This document shows, in pieces, positions 26,201 through 37,698 of a DNA stretch of 51,580 bases (positions are counted from its first letter, which is position 1; each line of letters begins with the position of its first letter). The stretch is from Lenisia limosa (Eukaryota > Protista > Breviatea). The position numbers were made by a program, and so were the translations under genes. A model generated the notes under the pieces. It had not been told where the DNA came from, ran no database searches, and saw nothing but the letters and a program-made list of their open reading frames with translations. The stretch lies in the NCBI GenBank assembly GCA_001655205.1, contig LPNZ01007732.1, positions 1 through 51,580 of the forward strand. Direction: 5' to 3'.

Positions 26201-29200
26201 TCGTCAGAAATGTCGTCGTAGTTGCGCATATCCAACGCCGCGGTTGGCTGTAAAGTTTAATATTGGAATACTGGCAAATTGATATAATATAATACATATA
26301 TCATAATGAATTATTATTGATAGTTGGAGTAACTAATATCAAGACCCTTCTCTCATGTTTATAATGAATACTCTCTTAAACATGAAGAAAAGCTACGAGA
26401 CAATCTCATCATTTACTATAGGTCACCAAACTGCCTCCCCCAAATACTGAAAAATACTGTGGGTTGTAATTTGCGTGTTTGTAGAAGTAAAGGGTTTCTT
26501 CCACGTTTGGGGCTAAACTGACCAGCCCTATGGGTGGATTAGACATGTATTATCAGGCAAAAGAAAGGCTATCATTTGGTTTTACGTTGATATAAAAAAT
26601 AACAAATACGTAGAGACCTCCCACCTCGAAGTGCAAAATCTTGCCTGGCATTTTCTGGGAGAGATTTCAATACTGCATCAGACACCTGGATTTGGTTCCA
26701 TGGACAAGCGTCGGTAACACTGCGGTGGTAAATTTCCTTTAGTGCCTATACCTGTTCCCAACTCCAAATAATGTGTATTGTACTGTGAATATGACAATAG
26801 CTGGTTTCTATCAGAGAATAAATCCAATGTTAAAGCCCTATGAATAATACTTAAGCAAATTCCAGAATTTATGAAAACGACCATCCTCTCATACTGTCCA
26901 CAAAAGCAGAACATGCTTCCGAAGATCTACAATTGTGAAGTGAACCATCAAAGGCAAGATATGGTAAATGATCCACGACCAAACCACCCACCTTGAAATG
27001 GGGGTTGGCCTGTGATACGATCCCAGCTTGGGCAGATCCAACATGAACTCCAGCCTGGAATATCATATTCGTTTTGGGTCGCAAAAAATAAAATAAAAGG
27101 ATGATTATTGACAGTTGTAAACACCCCCCACTCTAAAGTCACACCAGCACTTCGAAGTAGCCAAACAATGCAGATCGGAGATCGCTGCTAAGCAGGATTG
27201 GGCTGGGAGAATGGACTTATCCAGGCCTGCCGACACAATAAAACGGTTCCCCACGTTCTCAACCTTGAAAACCTTGGGATGCTTGTCCAATACCTGGAAG
27301 ATTGTCAGCGAAAACTGTTTGAAGTAAGACATTATCAAGAACAATTGCAGGTTTATCCGAAAAATTCTATCGATTAGGGGAGTAAGAGGTCTCACCTTGT
27401 CAAAATTGTCAAATATCATTTTAATCCTCGAAATAGTGGTTGTCTTATTGCCGAGGAGGATTGGCTCCTCCTGAATGAACTCGGCTGCAGACTGGTACGT
27501 CTGAAGCGGTCAGGTCAGCAGAGCCACAATGCGTATCTCTTCGAATTATATATTTAGTGTATTAGATAAATAAAATATATTAATATAATTATGCACATTG
27601 CACTTTAGTTATCCAATTCCATCAGGAGTATTTGGTGTACTAGGCTCAAAAACGTTGCCTTCTCAAATAACAATTAAACAACACCTACATTAGGACTGCC
27701 AATTAGAGTGCTACCAGCAGAGATGTTACTGGCAGATGAAGTCGAAGCCTTGGGTATTAATCAGATGATATGTGAAGAAAAGGAAAATGAAAAGGTCTTT
27801 GACCAAAGTGTTGGCCACGAACGTCTTTCTAGTCATAATATGTGATCGAAAGTCAATACCATCATCAGCTCCCCGTTTCATGTTCGGAAACCTATCACCC
27901 ACCCTACATACCTGCATAAACGGGCCTGGGTTGACCTCAATAAGTCCAAGGACCAAGGTATCACAAGACTCAAGGAAGAACTTCATCTACTTCATAAAAC
28001 CAAAACAACAGACTCGAAAGCCGAATTCAGATTAATTTACATTGAAGCAATTCAAGCCCATCATACAGATTTGGCTTTTGGAGCAAACACCCGAGGTACT
28101 GCTGCTCTCAAAATGCCATGTGCTTGGTTTTGCATGCTGTTTGACTGAAAGGGTCAACAAGGCATTCCATTCAAAATAAAATATTAAAGCAGTCTTCCCT
28201 TGGCTCCAATCAGTTCAAATACTTCAAAGCCCCCTCACATAAGCCTGCATTGAAACGGACTCAAGCTGACGAGTGTTCATACATTGCCGCATGTAGAGAG
28301 CAAGACTCAGACATGCGCCTCCCTACATCCATGAATATGTGTTACAAAGTATTGATTAATTATATGGACAGTAGCGGGGTGAAACGGATCTCCTTATTAA
28401 TTCAATGTTGAAACCGAGCCATATAAGAGTGTGCAAAGAGACACATTCCAGTCAGATTCCACTCCGTTTGAAACATGTTGAACTTAAAATGAAAGTTCAG
28501 AATGTAAAAAGAAAATCCAAACCAGCCCCTCCCACGAATGCAACTTCCTGTGCCATGCCTCGAAAAGAGAAGTCGTAGAGCAAAGGTGAAATGATACTCA
28601 GCACAAATGTTACCTTCAAAGTGAAATTGGTGAATGTTAAAGTGGAAATGTTGTTTATTGTTTCAAAAACAAAAGGGTCTAATTATTTCTCAAAAGTTAA
28701 TCCTTTGTGTCACTTAGTTCAGATGGGCTGCCCATTTCCTCACCCCGAGGCCCGGAAAGAGATAGCGGTCCTTGAGGCCTCCCGCCGCCGTCACTATATA
28801 AATCTGCAGACGGACGATTGAGGTGCCCAATGACGATGTGGGGGTAAGGAGAACGCTGTTCCAAAGCCAGATCATCAGGATGATAACCTGGATCATCATA
28901 TCATAAAAAAGGAGGCGCATCGGCTGATAGAATCGCCAAGTAATAAAAATTGAATGTAATCCTTTCTATGACAGACAAGTATATCTTGAAAAAAGAGTTC
29001 AAACCTTCTTGATCAAAATATCAAAAAAAAAAAAAAAAAACNNNNNNNNNNNNNNNNNNNNNNNNNNNNNNNNNNNNNNNNNNNNNNNNNNNNNNNNNNN
29101 NNNNNNNNNAACACTGGACAAACATTCTGTTGTTTGATATAGAAAGGCAATCTTCAACCCAGAATTACAACATCTTACCACCGCCCACCAGTGAAAACCA

Positions 29201-30029
29201 GAACATAGAGAGCAGCCCAGCTCGCGCCTTAAAATGGTGTTCGAACGCCGAGCCCAAGAGAAGAAGGCAGAGCCCGACAATGGTCATCAAGATGCCTTCA
29301 ACGTGTGACTGGAGATGGGTCAAGTTGGGCAGAAGTTAGTGTGACTTGTGCATCGTGGTAAGCATAATATGTGAGAAGACGATTTAGTGATATTCCGTAA
29401 GAAAGCGCACAAGCGGAAGGATGATACTTGCCACAACAGAATAATCGATAATCGAGTGATGACAACGTGAAGTAGACGAACAAGTGGATTTCAAGAAGAA
29501 AGTGAAAATTTCTTGGTTTATTTCAAAAAAAAAAACATCACAGAAATTTATCTCATATATATAGCAAAACGAAATCTGCTTCTTCCATAACCCAGGCTAC
29601 GTCGTATCATAATGACCCAAAGTTAAGAACATGCACAAAGAGAGGGAAGGAAACATAATATGTGATCCAGTGAACGAATGATCCTGTGCTCCAAAAACAA
29701 ACCTCGAGGAGCATGTTCAAATCTGAAAAAAGCTCGACTCCAAATGCCAGCGAGAAAACGAAAAGACTTGCGCTCATCGCGAAGCTAACATGTTTCTGCC
29801 GCCACTGGTTTGCTTTGTCGGAGGGCGGAGGGACGGGGAGCCTCTCAAGAACACTTAGCACTCTGTCTCGACGCTGGGCTGTCATTCGAGGTGATGCCTG
29901 GGTGGAGCTTGCTCCAGCAAGATTCCGAGACCCAGCATTCTGCCTTGTAGGGGGGCTTGGGTTCACGAAAGAGGAGGAGCTCCTCTGTAATCGATGCGAA
30001 ATCGGCTCATTTGAAGTCCTTCTACTCAT
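17298..30029 (-). CDS. Transmembrane tandem class III nucleotide (adenylyl/guanylyl) cyclase-like protein, M1-C1-M2-C2 topology with a long Ser-rich tail
   Basis: ATG at 30029 is followed by hydrophobic exons (30029-28700). C1 reads QAHGILRAAVPRVFAPK..LVLGLIEV..IFDNFDK|VLDKHPKVFKVENVGNRFIVSAGL..FR|AGVHVGSAQAGIVS. A second TM cluster lies at 25200-24240. C2 reads ISEI|LSGLLPVHLVERF..EEFHELSVLK|IEIPTLISMTLALEPEQLLRILSITFTTFDTLVEKQG|DSHSIETYAAVAGLP..LALHIQHAMKSLN..LDLRIAVGAG|PSLSGVVGFLRPTF. The 3' end is a stop at 17537 or 17298. Confidence 0.85.
18375..18530. repeat. Intronic dispersed repeat family, copies 1 and 2 (tandem)
   Basis: Both copies carry gctga(t/a)a(a/g)caacaaaa..aaagcccaggccag(t)cgcttc, homologous to 19820-19910 and 23790-23900. 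Confidence 0.8.
19820..19910. repeat. Intronic dispersed repeat family, copy 3 (internally deleted)
   Basis: ggtaaaattggacaattcatgaaacaaaaaaagcccaagatcaactttgttgctgatcccaggccagtcgcttctgca. Confidence 0.8.
20768..21371. mobile_element. MITE-like element, ~600 bp with 53-bp imperfect inverted repeats, in a cyclase intron
   Basis: 20768-20820 (tccagacatcattcaaaattcgccgg...agcttga) matches the reverse complement of 21319-21371 with about 10 mismatches. The interior is AT-rich and non-coding. No TSD was recognised. Confidence 0.5.
23790..23900. repeat. Intronic dispersed repeat family, copy 4 (longest)
   Basis: gtgagtaaaattggaaaatttgaaacaaaaaaacccaaatcaactctgttggctga...gggttgataacaacaaaacaaagcccagaccagtcgttctg. 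Confidence 0.8.
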
Positions 30030-30220
30030 TATTAACTTCTTATCTAGATAATACGGGTCATTTTAGAGAAGCCTCCACTAATCGCTATTGCCCATACACT
30101 GAAAGGCCTAGCGCAATCTAACAACTATAATACATACATCTTCTACCCATCTATCTAACAATCTAACACTAACTAAATAGGACAGCCACCAACTACAGAC
30201 CTGGGGATTTTGAAGATCCC

Positions 30221-30260
30221 CAGATCTCTGACAGATCTCCGACAGATCTGCGACAGATCT
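30221..30260. repeat. 11-bp tandem array of four AGATCT palindromes upstream of the cyclase start codon
   Basis: AGATCT occurs at 30222, 30233, 30244 and 30255. Confidence 0.9.
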
Positions 30261-30478
30261 CCAAATCTCTGACAGACTGCAGCATGCACAACACTGCATT
30301 TTGAATCCCGAAATACCCCCGGGGCCCTTTATACCAGGGACCGTCCGGGTACAGAGAACATTTTAAACAGAGACCAACTATATCTACCCATGGCGGTAAG
30401 TATTCTTGTACAACAACTACATTCCATATCCTAATAACTCCCATTCAAAATACACAGTTGGGATGACCAAAATCAAAA

Positions 30479-31818
30479 TCAGTCGAGAAGCTCCTTATAG
30501 GCTTTCATAACACGAGCACTGTTCTCGAGCCACTTCAAATCCACATGTGAATGGGAGGAAGACAAAGCTTGTCTGGAGAGATTCAAAAGAACACCTGAAG
30601 TTGATGACAGAGGAAACAAAAAAAAATATGATATATCGCACAGCATGATGCAAAATATCAAACCTTCGATGTTACTTCTGGCTTCAGTAGGAAGCTAAAC
30701 GTGTCAAATAGACCATGAAATACGTGACGAGGATTGGGAGGGGGGAAATGTAACTAGAGCACAAAATCAGCTTTCAACTTCTGAGTGCTACCCAATCATA
30801 CCTGTGACTTAACCTCTTCTTTTGTGGGTGTAGTTGGCTCCTGTGCAACGGGTTCTTCCACCTGCAACATGAGACTCAATGATATACTGAGAAAACAGCA
30901 TTTCAGGAACTTAAGAACAAAAAACAATGAGGATTCAGGCTGAACCATCCGCTGTTGGTGAAGAATGGATTAATCATTTACTCGGGACCCATACTTAAAT
31001 ATTTGCCATTGATGCAATGCTATGAGATGCATACCTTCGGCACCTTGGTTTCGACTTCCACTGGGGACTCTGGCTTCTGAGCTGGCTTCTGAGCGACCGG
31101 CATCTCAGTTGAAGCTTCCTTGGTAGTCGAGGGAGCCTGGATAAATATTAGCCACACCGATGAATAAAGTGATCTGAGTCCAGTGTGGAGCAGACATTGA
31201 CGCTAATCAAGAAGAATCTCAATCCTAGAAACGACCAACCCACCACGCTGTGTTTAGTGGGGTCGTACATATCTTCTGAGATGTAGCTCTGTTTACAAAG
31301 TACGCAGAACATAACCTTGGTCTGAGGGTCACGGACCAAGGGTGTCTGTAGGGGTAATTGGCATGGCTTAAGCGACGAATATAAATATAGGAAACACTGT
31401 ATATCAAGACATGTAGGAAACTATCGAACACTGCATATCAAGACATGTAGGAAACTATCGAACACTGTATATCAAGAAATCCAGCAAGAGGAAAGAGGTG
31501 AAAAATTCCGTGACAACATACAGATATATATGTATATATATATATAAACCAATGAAAGATATGTTTAACCAAGCATGAATCAGAATGTATGATAAAATAT
31601 ATACGATAAAACAAAGTACCCCCCCCCCCCNNNNNNNNNNNNNNNNNNNNNNNNNNNNNNNNNNNNNNNNNNNNNNNNNNNNNNNNNNNNNNNNNNNNNN
31701 NNNNNNNNNNNNNNNNNNNNNNNNNNNNNNNNNNNNNNAGCAGATTTGACACTTCGTCAGCCTGGCGGCGGCTGTGTCGTAAATATAACTTTTTTAAATG
31801 CAAACAATATAATATCAT
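30479..31818 (-). CDS. ZNRD2: ZNRD2/SSSCA1 (Auto_anti-p27)-like zinc-ribbon protein
   Basis: Reads SRRQADEVSNLL, then an N gap, then TPLVRDPQTKVMFCVLCKQSY, a Pro/Glu/Lys linker and the C-terminal helix LLNLSRQALSSSHSHVDLKWLENSARVMKAYKELLD*. This architecture matches the family. The first CxxC is presumably inside the gap, and the start is approximate. Confidence 0.7.
31393..31477. repeat. 34-bp tandem repeat, 2.5 copies, intronic
   Basis: Unit aacactg(t/c)atatcaagacatgtaggaaactatcg, read directly from the sequence. Confidence 0.9.
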
Positions 31819-31987
31819 ATGAAAAAGGATAATATAATAGATGGTGGACGATTTTTATTCGCTCGTTTTGTTTATAATTTGATCATTACAGTTTTTGAAT
31901 AGAAAACCCCGGATTGAAGAGGGTAGGGAGAGATAGAATATAGCAAAGATTGACTATAATAATTCTGGTGTGGTATGCACCCTCATA

Positions 31988-34720
31988 CTAAGTTTCAAAA
32001 TCCTTCATTGCTGCCTCACTCTTCTTGACATCATCATTGGCCTCAGACACCCTAGATTAGTCAGCTTTGAGTCGGTGTCAAATGCGTTGTATTCTAAAAT
32101 ATATTATTATTCTGATACGATATGGAGAGAATATAATCCAGCCGACCATGTGTTGTCAACATTCAACACCCAGAAGTAACTTAGTAAGCTCCCCTTTCAA
32201 TCCTACTTACTCAGCTGCCTGGGTTCTTGGCTTTTTAGCTGGAGTAGCCTGAAAGGATTATTCGTCATTTAGAGAATGCTCCGAGAAACCCCGTCCCTAG
32301 GAAAGCTCCAAATTCCAACTTACGGAATATGATGATCCAATAGCGCTAAAGGGGTCGCTGGTCTAAATGGTCAAAAGGAAATCACAAAAACATGGAAAGG
32401 CGTGGGGGAGGGGGTAGCAAACGATTAAAAAGAGAATTCGTTTTGAACCTTGTCATACACAATATAAAGAAGTAATTTCAGAAGTTGACATACCTGTTCA
32501 GTAGAATACGAGAAAGTTGGCTCAGTTGGCTCGGGGGTGCTGAAATATTAATCTTAATAATGGTAAGAAAACACCGTATGACACCCCCTCTCTTTCGATA
32601 AGATACTTTGTTAGTTGACTCCTTTACTTTTTTTTTCTTTCCCTTATCTTTTCTTCGTATACGTAATTATGATTCCCATTCAACCCCCCCCCCNNNNNNN
32701 NNNNNNNNNNNNNNNNNNNNNNNNNNNNNNNNNNNNNNNNNNNNNNNNNNNNNNNNNNNNNNNNNNNNNNNNNNNNNNNACAGCCGCAGCAGTAGATTGA
32801 GTCGTCAAGACGCCTCAAGAGGGGGATCTACAGCGGTCAATATCTCGGAATGTGTTGATAATAAAACCCATAAGAATAAAAGGGAGGGCGAAGGAAGAAA
32901 GAGAATCTGGCCAAATGACGAAAGCGTGGTGAAGAACACATTGAATAGTCAACTATGGTAATACATGAAAACGAAAGACCGTTATCGGTAAAGAAAAGAA
33001 CCGTTTATTCGACCCCGCAAACTCTACACCCTCCAGCAGGACAGGATTTACCAATAAGCTTGCAGCCTTCAATAAGCTAAATAAAGTGAGTGGATGCGGC
33101 GGCTGAATGGCCAAGAGGAACAGAACAACAAGGAGATGAGCAAGATCATGCCTGTTGAAGAGCAATATCATTAAAAAAAACGCAACCTACAAGTTTAGAC
33201 AGTTGATTAGATGATGCTGACGACATAGTATCTAAAAGAGAAGGAGTGGGAAAAGGGAAAAACTTGGGAAAAACAGGAACAATTGTCAAATAAAGATGAG
33301 TACGCCGCCGTAAACTTATTCTTCCCTTATCAGGAAAGTCTCCTCGTTTGCTCTCTTTTCTTCTCAATATACAAAAAAACAAAAACAAAATAACCATAAT
33401 ACAAAAATACAATTTACAAACCTAATCATGTCACAGCGAAAACTCAGAACGCAAGAGTTGACATCTTCTCAAATTTCGATAAGATAAACAGATAAACTCA
33501 TGGCCACTTCTATATACTTCTTTGATTTTTAGCCACTTTGGGTTGACTTCTGCTTGTATGTAATTGGGTGAGAACAATGGACAGCTTTTAATAATCTCCT
33601 CGATTCCATGTTCCCTCCAAATTACATTGTGGTAATTTGTATTAAACTTTAAGCTTTGGTATCGTTGATTCCGTTTATCGGAGAGAGCCGCTCCACTGTC
33701 ACCATGGTTGCCTCTTCAGCATTAACTTTGGCAACTATCCGAGATTGGCCGTGTTATCGAGTGAGTGGAGGAAGGATTCTTTGGACTGAATTCAAAAGTC
33801 ACACAGAATTCAAATGCTTATTCTATATCATGATTCCAGCTCCATCACCCAGACCATACGTCATGCTTTCAAGTTGCAACTGATATTTGGACAACTACTT
33901 TCGTATCCGGTTTGTCACTGCTGTAAGAAGAATAAAACAGTATTAAAAGAGCAGTCAATTTTTAGCTTGCCTTATTACCTTTGTGTACTTGTGTAATTCT
34001 ATAATTAACTTTTGCCAGATACATCCTTTTTTATTAATCATCAACAAATTTATTAGAACAATGTAAGGTCTTGTTATATGTTTTCATCATCCAAGGACTA
34101 AAGGTGTATGCACCCCTCTTCATTGGACCAGCCGTAGTCAGAAAGAAACAGTTCGTGGAGCTTACTTAGAAGAATATGACCTGCCATAACTGATTTAGGA
34201 TTCAGTTTATCTTCAAACGCACTATGCCCGAAATAACAAGATCTGCATTGTTTCTTGGTATGTGGTTTCACTCGCATCTTCAACAAAAGAATACATGATA
34301 CTAAAGGCTGAAGTAAATCCCTTCTAACCATAATCAGCCGTACTTGGTTCGTCATTTTCCGGGTATACCTGCCTTGTACGCAAGATGATTGGCCACAATA
34401 CCCGATTGATACAGCCCATTGCGGGACTTCTCTGTGGCTTTTCATCAATTGTCCTTGAAAAGGCATCTCGTCGTGCTGAATTGTCAATGTGAGGAAGCCC
34501 CCATTTCTTGTTCAAACCATATTGATAGTTATCTTTTACTGTATTTAGCTATACTGCAAACCAAGCTGCTGAAACCATCCTCAATTATTTTGTTGTAAGC
34601 ATGTTGATTTTGAAATGGCATTTTCTAAATCTAAATGTGCAGTTGAAGGGAACTCTTCCCAAAGTGAAGTCTTTCCGTTTGATTCTCTTCTCAGCAGCTC
34701 TCTCAGTGTTGATGATGTTT
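31988..34720 (-). CDS. Multi-exon hypothetical protein
   Basis: Exon-like segments NIINTERAAEKRIKRK, KMPFQNQHAYNKIIEDGFSSL, AFEDKLNPKSVMAGHILLSKLHELFLSDYGWSNEEG and ATPAKKPRTQAAE|VSEANDDVKKSEAAMKDFET*. The joins are not all resolved and the region may hold two genes. Confidence 0.4.
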
Positions 34721-35887
34721 TACAGGGTTAAGGTTGGTCTAAAACATTAAATGAGAGAGTGTCTAATTTTACATAAAAGCTGAATGAAAAATGTTTGTAA
34801 TCAACTATGATAACAAGATATTCACTTTCTTCTCAAAGTTGTGCTACACATAATATCAGTTATCGACGGCAACATTTGAACAGCAGAAAAACAAGTCTAA
34901 CTGGGCAGCCGGAACTGTTGTCAAGTAATGTCAGATCGGTTCTTCGATTTTTGCTTGGATTCCCAAGAGAGAAACCCAAACCGTCATCACAGAAGAAAGA
35001 AGTATGGGGGAATATAATTATTCTTGTGATTAACAACGGATTAAAACATTATTTTGTCAATTACTAACAGTTATCCAAATAACACGTTTAGGAAGCGGAG
35101 CCGGAAGTGGAAGAAGAGTCCCCAAGTACTGACCCATTTATTTCACAGTCTTCTGGGTCTGCCTTACGGGGACGACGAAGACGGTCAGAGCGGTTTGAGG
35201 GAAGTAGAAGTGATACCAACATGAATCCAAACTTAACATATGCATATAATACATGTAGTATATCGAAAAATAATCAAAATTTCGATGTTACCTATGTGAG
35301 CTTTTGGTCTCATCAATGTAGCAACCTCAGAAAGCAAGAGATAATCGACCGCAAGAATAGGTAATCAAATGAAATTAGAATAATACTAAATTGAATCAAC
35401 TCTATTTGAGCTATTCTAAGAATATACTTATAGTATACTATGTGTACATTTAAACAATTCTCACAGTTGACTTAAGATCGCACTCGGTCGAAAGCTACTC
35501 CTCTGTGACGCTGGTACGCCATTAATGAAGCCATTCAGTTATTCAAACAGCTTCATATTATATATCACTGAATGATGGCTGTTGTAATTTGTGATTTTGC
35601 TTCTTTGAGTTTGTTTTATTCGTATATCCAAACAATATCTTAGACATCTATGGTATCAACATCACCGTTTAGCAAACTATTCTCATTTTTCAATTCCTTC
35701 TCACAATTCATATCATATCTGAAACCCCATGAAATACTTGATGATTATTTGAAGGCTAAGACCGCAGACCTTTGATCTCTGATCTGGTGTTCGGATATCC
35801 GTACTAAGTCATTATAGACATTTTTTTAAAGAAAAATAGGTTTTGGAATCTCTGATGCAATTTCAAGACATTTGATTTCAATTTAGA

Positions 35888-37410
35888 CATCAGACGTGGA
35901 TACATCTCAGAACCCCGACACACCTTACCAATGTGACCCCCCACTGCCAAGCCACGGTAATACAATGTACAATTAATCTGAACAATTTACCACCACATTG
36001 AATTTCATTCCTTCTTTGAGGTGATAAAGATGTGTTATTCTAAATCTTCCAACAATATTTTATGGTCCTAACTCACTTGACATTTACCATTCAGATTCTC
36101 TTCTGAATCCCCCACTATCTGCTGCCAAAGACTACTGGACAGCCGCTCGCAAAATTCTGACTGGAGGTAACAAAACTGGTGATAATGATATCAGGTCAGA
36201 AGGGATCCTAAAGATATTCCTAAATGGCTAGATCACAAGATTTCATTTTTTTGAAATTCCATCAATGTTTCAAGAAAATATTCCCAAGCTAAAAGAACAC
36301 AAATGCATTTTTTTTCTCTTTCACAGTCCAGAATGCACCCGAGGCGAGACCCTTACAGAAGACTAAGAAGTAAGTAAAAAAATACATAATCGGATCATAT
36401 TCCAATTTGAACTGTCTAACAATGACTTCCATGCAACCCTTTTCACTATCTAGTTGGGATTATTCTTTGTTTTCGGTCGTTTGTGAGAGGAATTGCTGCA
36501 GGATGGGGAATCCGAGCCATTATTGGCATACTTTCGGTCTTATCCAGGAGGAGGCTCCGTGTGAGACCGTAAGCATTGAACACCATTTGACACTTCTGTT
36601 ATTTTTTAATTGCACTGATTTCTTCAAGAAAACATATCTTCAAGGCGGTTATTAACGAAAGAAATATCAAGTGGGCAGCTCTCATGTTTATTACTTTCAA
36701 ATTATGACCAAGTATAATGTCTAATAACCCAGGACTGGCCTCTTTACAGGGTCAATTCCAGCAACAATTCACTTTGTCGAAAGGTGGGAGTGAACAGACT
36801 GAAAATAGCCGATGTTTTGCTTTATATGACCGTTGTAGTATTGGACGATTTTATCATTTACCAAAGCTATGGACATCTTCTTCAGCTGGCTGTGGGTTGT
36901 GAGGGATTTCAGAAATCCAAGTTCCATTAAATTAACTGTATTTTCTGTCATTTTGGACGAAGCTCATTTGTGTAGTGTTGGCTGGATTGTGGACAAATTT
37001 TTGGCCGAGTAGCGAGCTGTCTTTTGGAGTGGCTGCGAAGGCAATTCAGGCATGTGTGGCACTTCTAGTGGACAAAGGCACCTTACCGTGAGAGGAGGTC
37101 GAACAAATGTCATTGCTGAGAGTGTGACATTGGTGTGATATTTCTAAATGTTGCAATTGATTGGTTTGATACTTGAGGTACATTCCGTATTGGGACGTAG
37201 CGCTCTTCACACTGAACACTGGTGGAATTATGTACATGTGGTTCTACCACCCTGACTCTCTGCGACCCTCTTATTTAAAGTATGTGGGAAAGGCTACAAG
37301 TACACTGCGCCGTTAATCGTTAAATCACAAGCATCCCATTCGAGCAAATGAACGAACTGGTTAATGATTCCCAGGTTTTTCAATGGAGTGTCAGGCAACC
37401 GAGGCCATGA
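35888..37410 (+). CDS. TMEM135: TMEM135-like (peroxisomal/mitochondrial membrane) protein
   Basis: Exons CFRSFVRGIAAGWGIRAIIGIL, TGLFTGSIPATIHFVE, WTSSSAG|LLAGLWTNFWPSSELSFGVAAKAIQ and YIPYWDVALFTLNTGGIMYMWFYHPDSLRPSYL resemble the TMEM135 C-terminal half ([30 protein letters not shown]). The 5' exons are uncertain. Confidence 0.7.
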
Positions 37411-37698
37411 AACTCTCTATCTCCGCCAATTTCTTACCTTTTAGTCCATATATCGATATATTATAGTATCTACTGTGATATTATTATAATATTTTGTTCT
37501 CTATTTCCAACATTGCCATGCAATGTAATTTACGCTGACATATCTTTATACAGAAACCAGCAGGACTCTAACATGTGTCCTCTTGGGTGGTTTGGATAAT
37601 AAGAATATATATCTCAAATCAGAACATAAAAATACAATAAATACCCAAGAAAACATAACCAAATACAAGCCACTTGCTAAAACTACAAAAAAAAACAC

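Noticed and set aside
31393-31477. 34-bp repeats and other short repeats as a possible CRISPR array
   Set aside because: The units are directly adjacent with no unique spacers, the context is eukaryotic and intronic, and there are no cas genes.
35107-35364. Plus-strand Ser/Arg-rich ORF
   Set aside because: It has no ATG start and no linked exons, and both strands are equally open, so it cannot be supported as coding.
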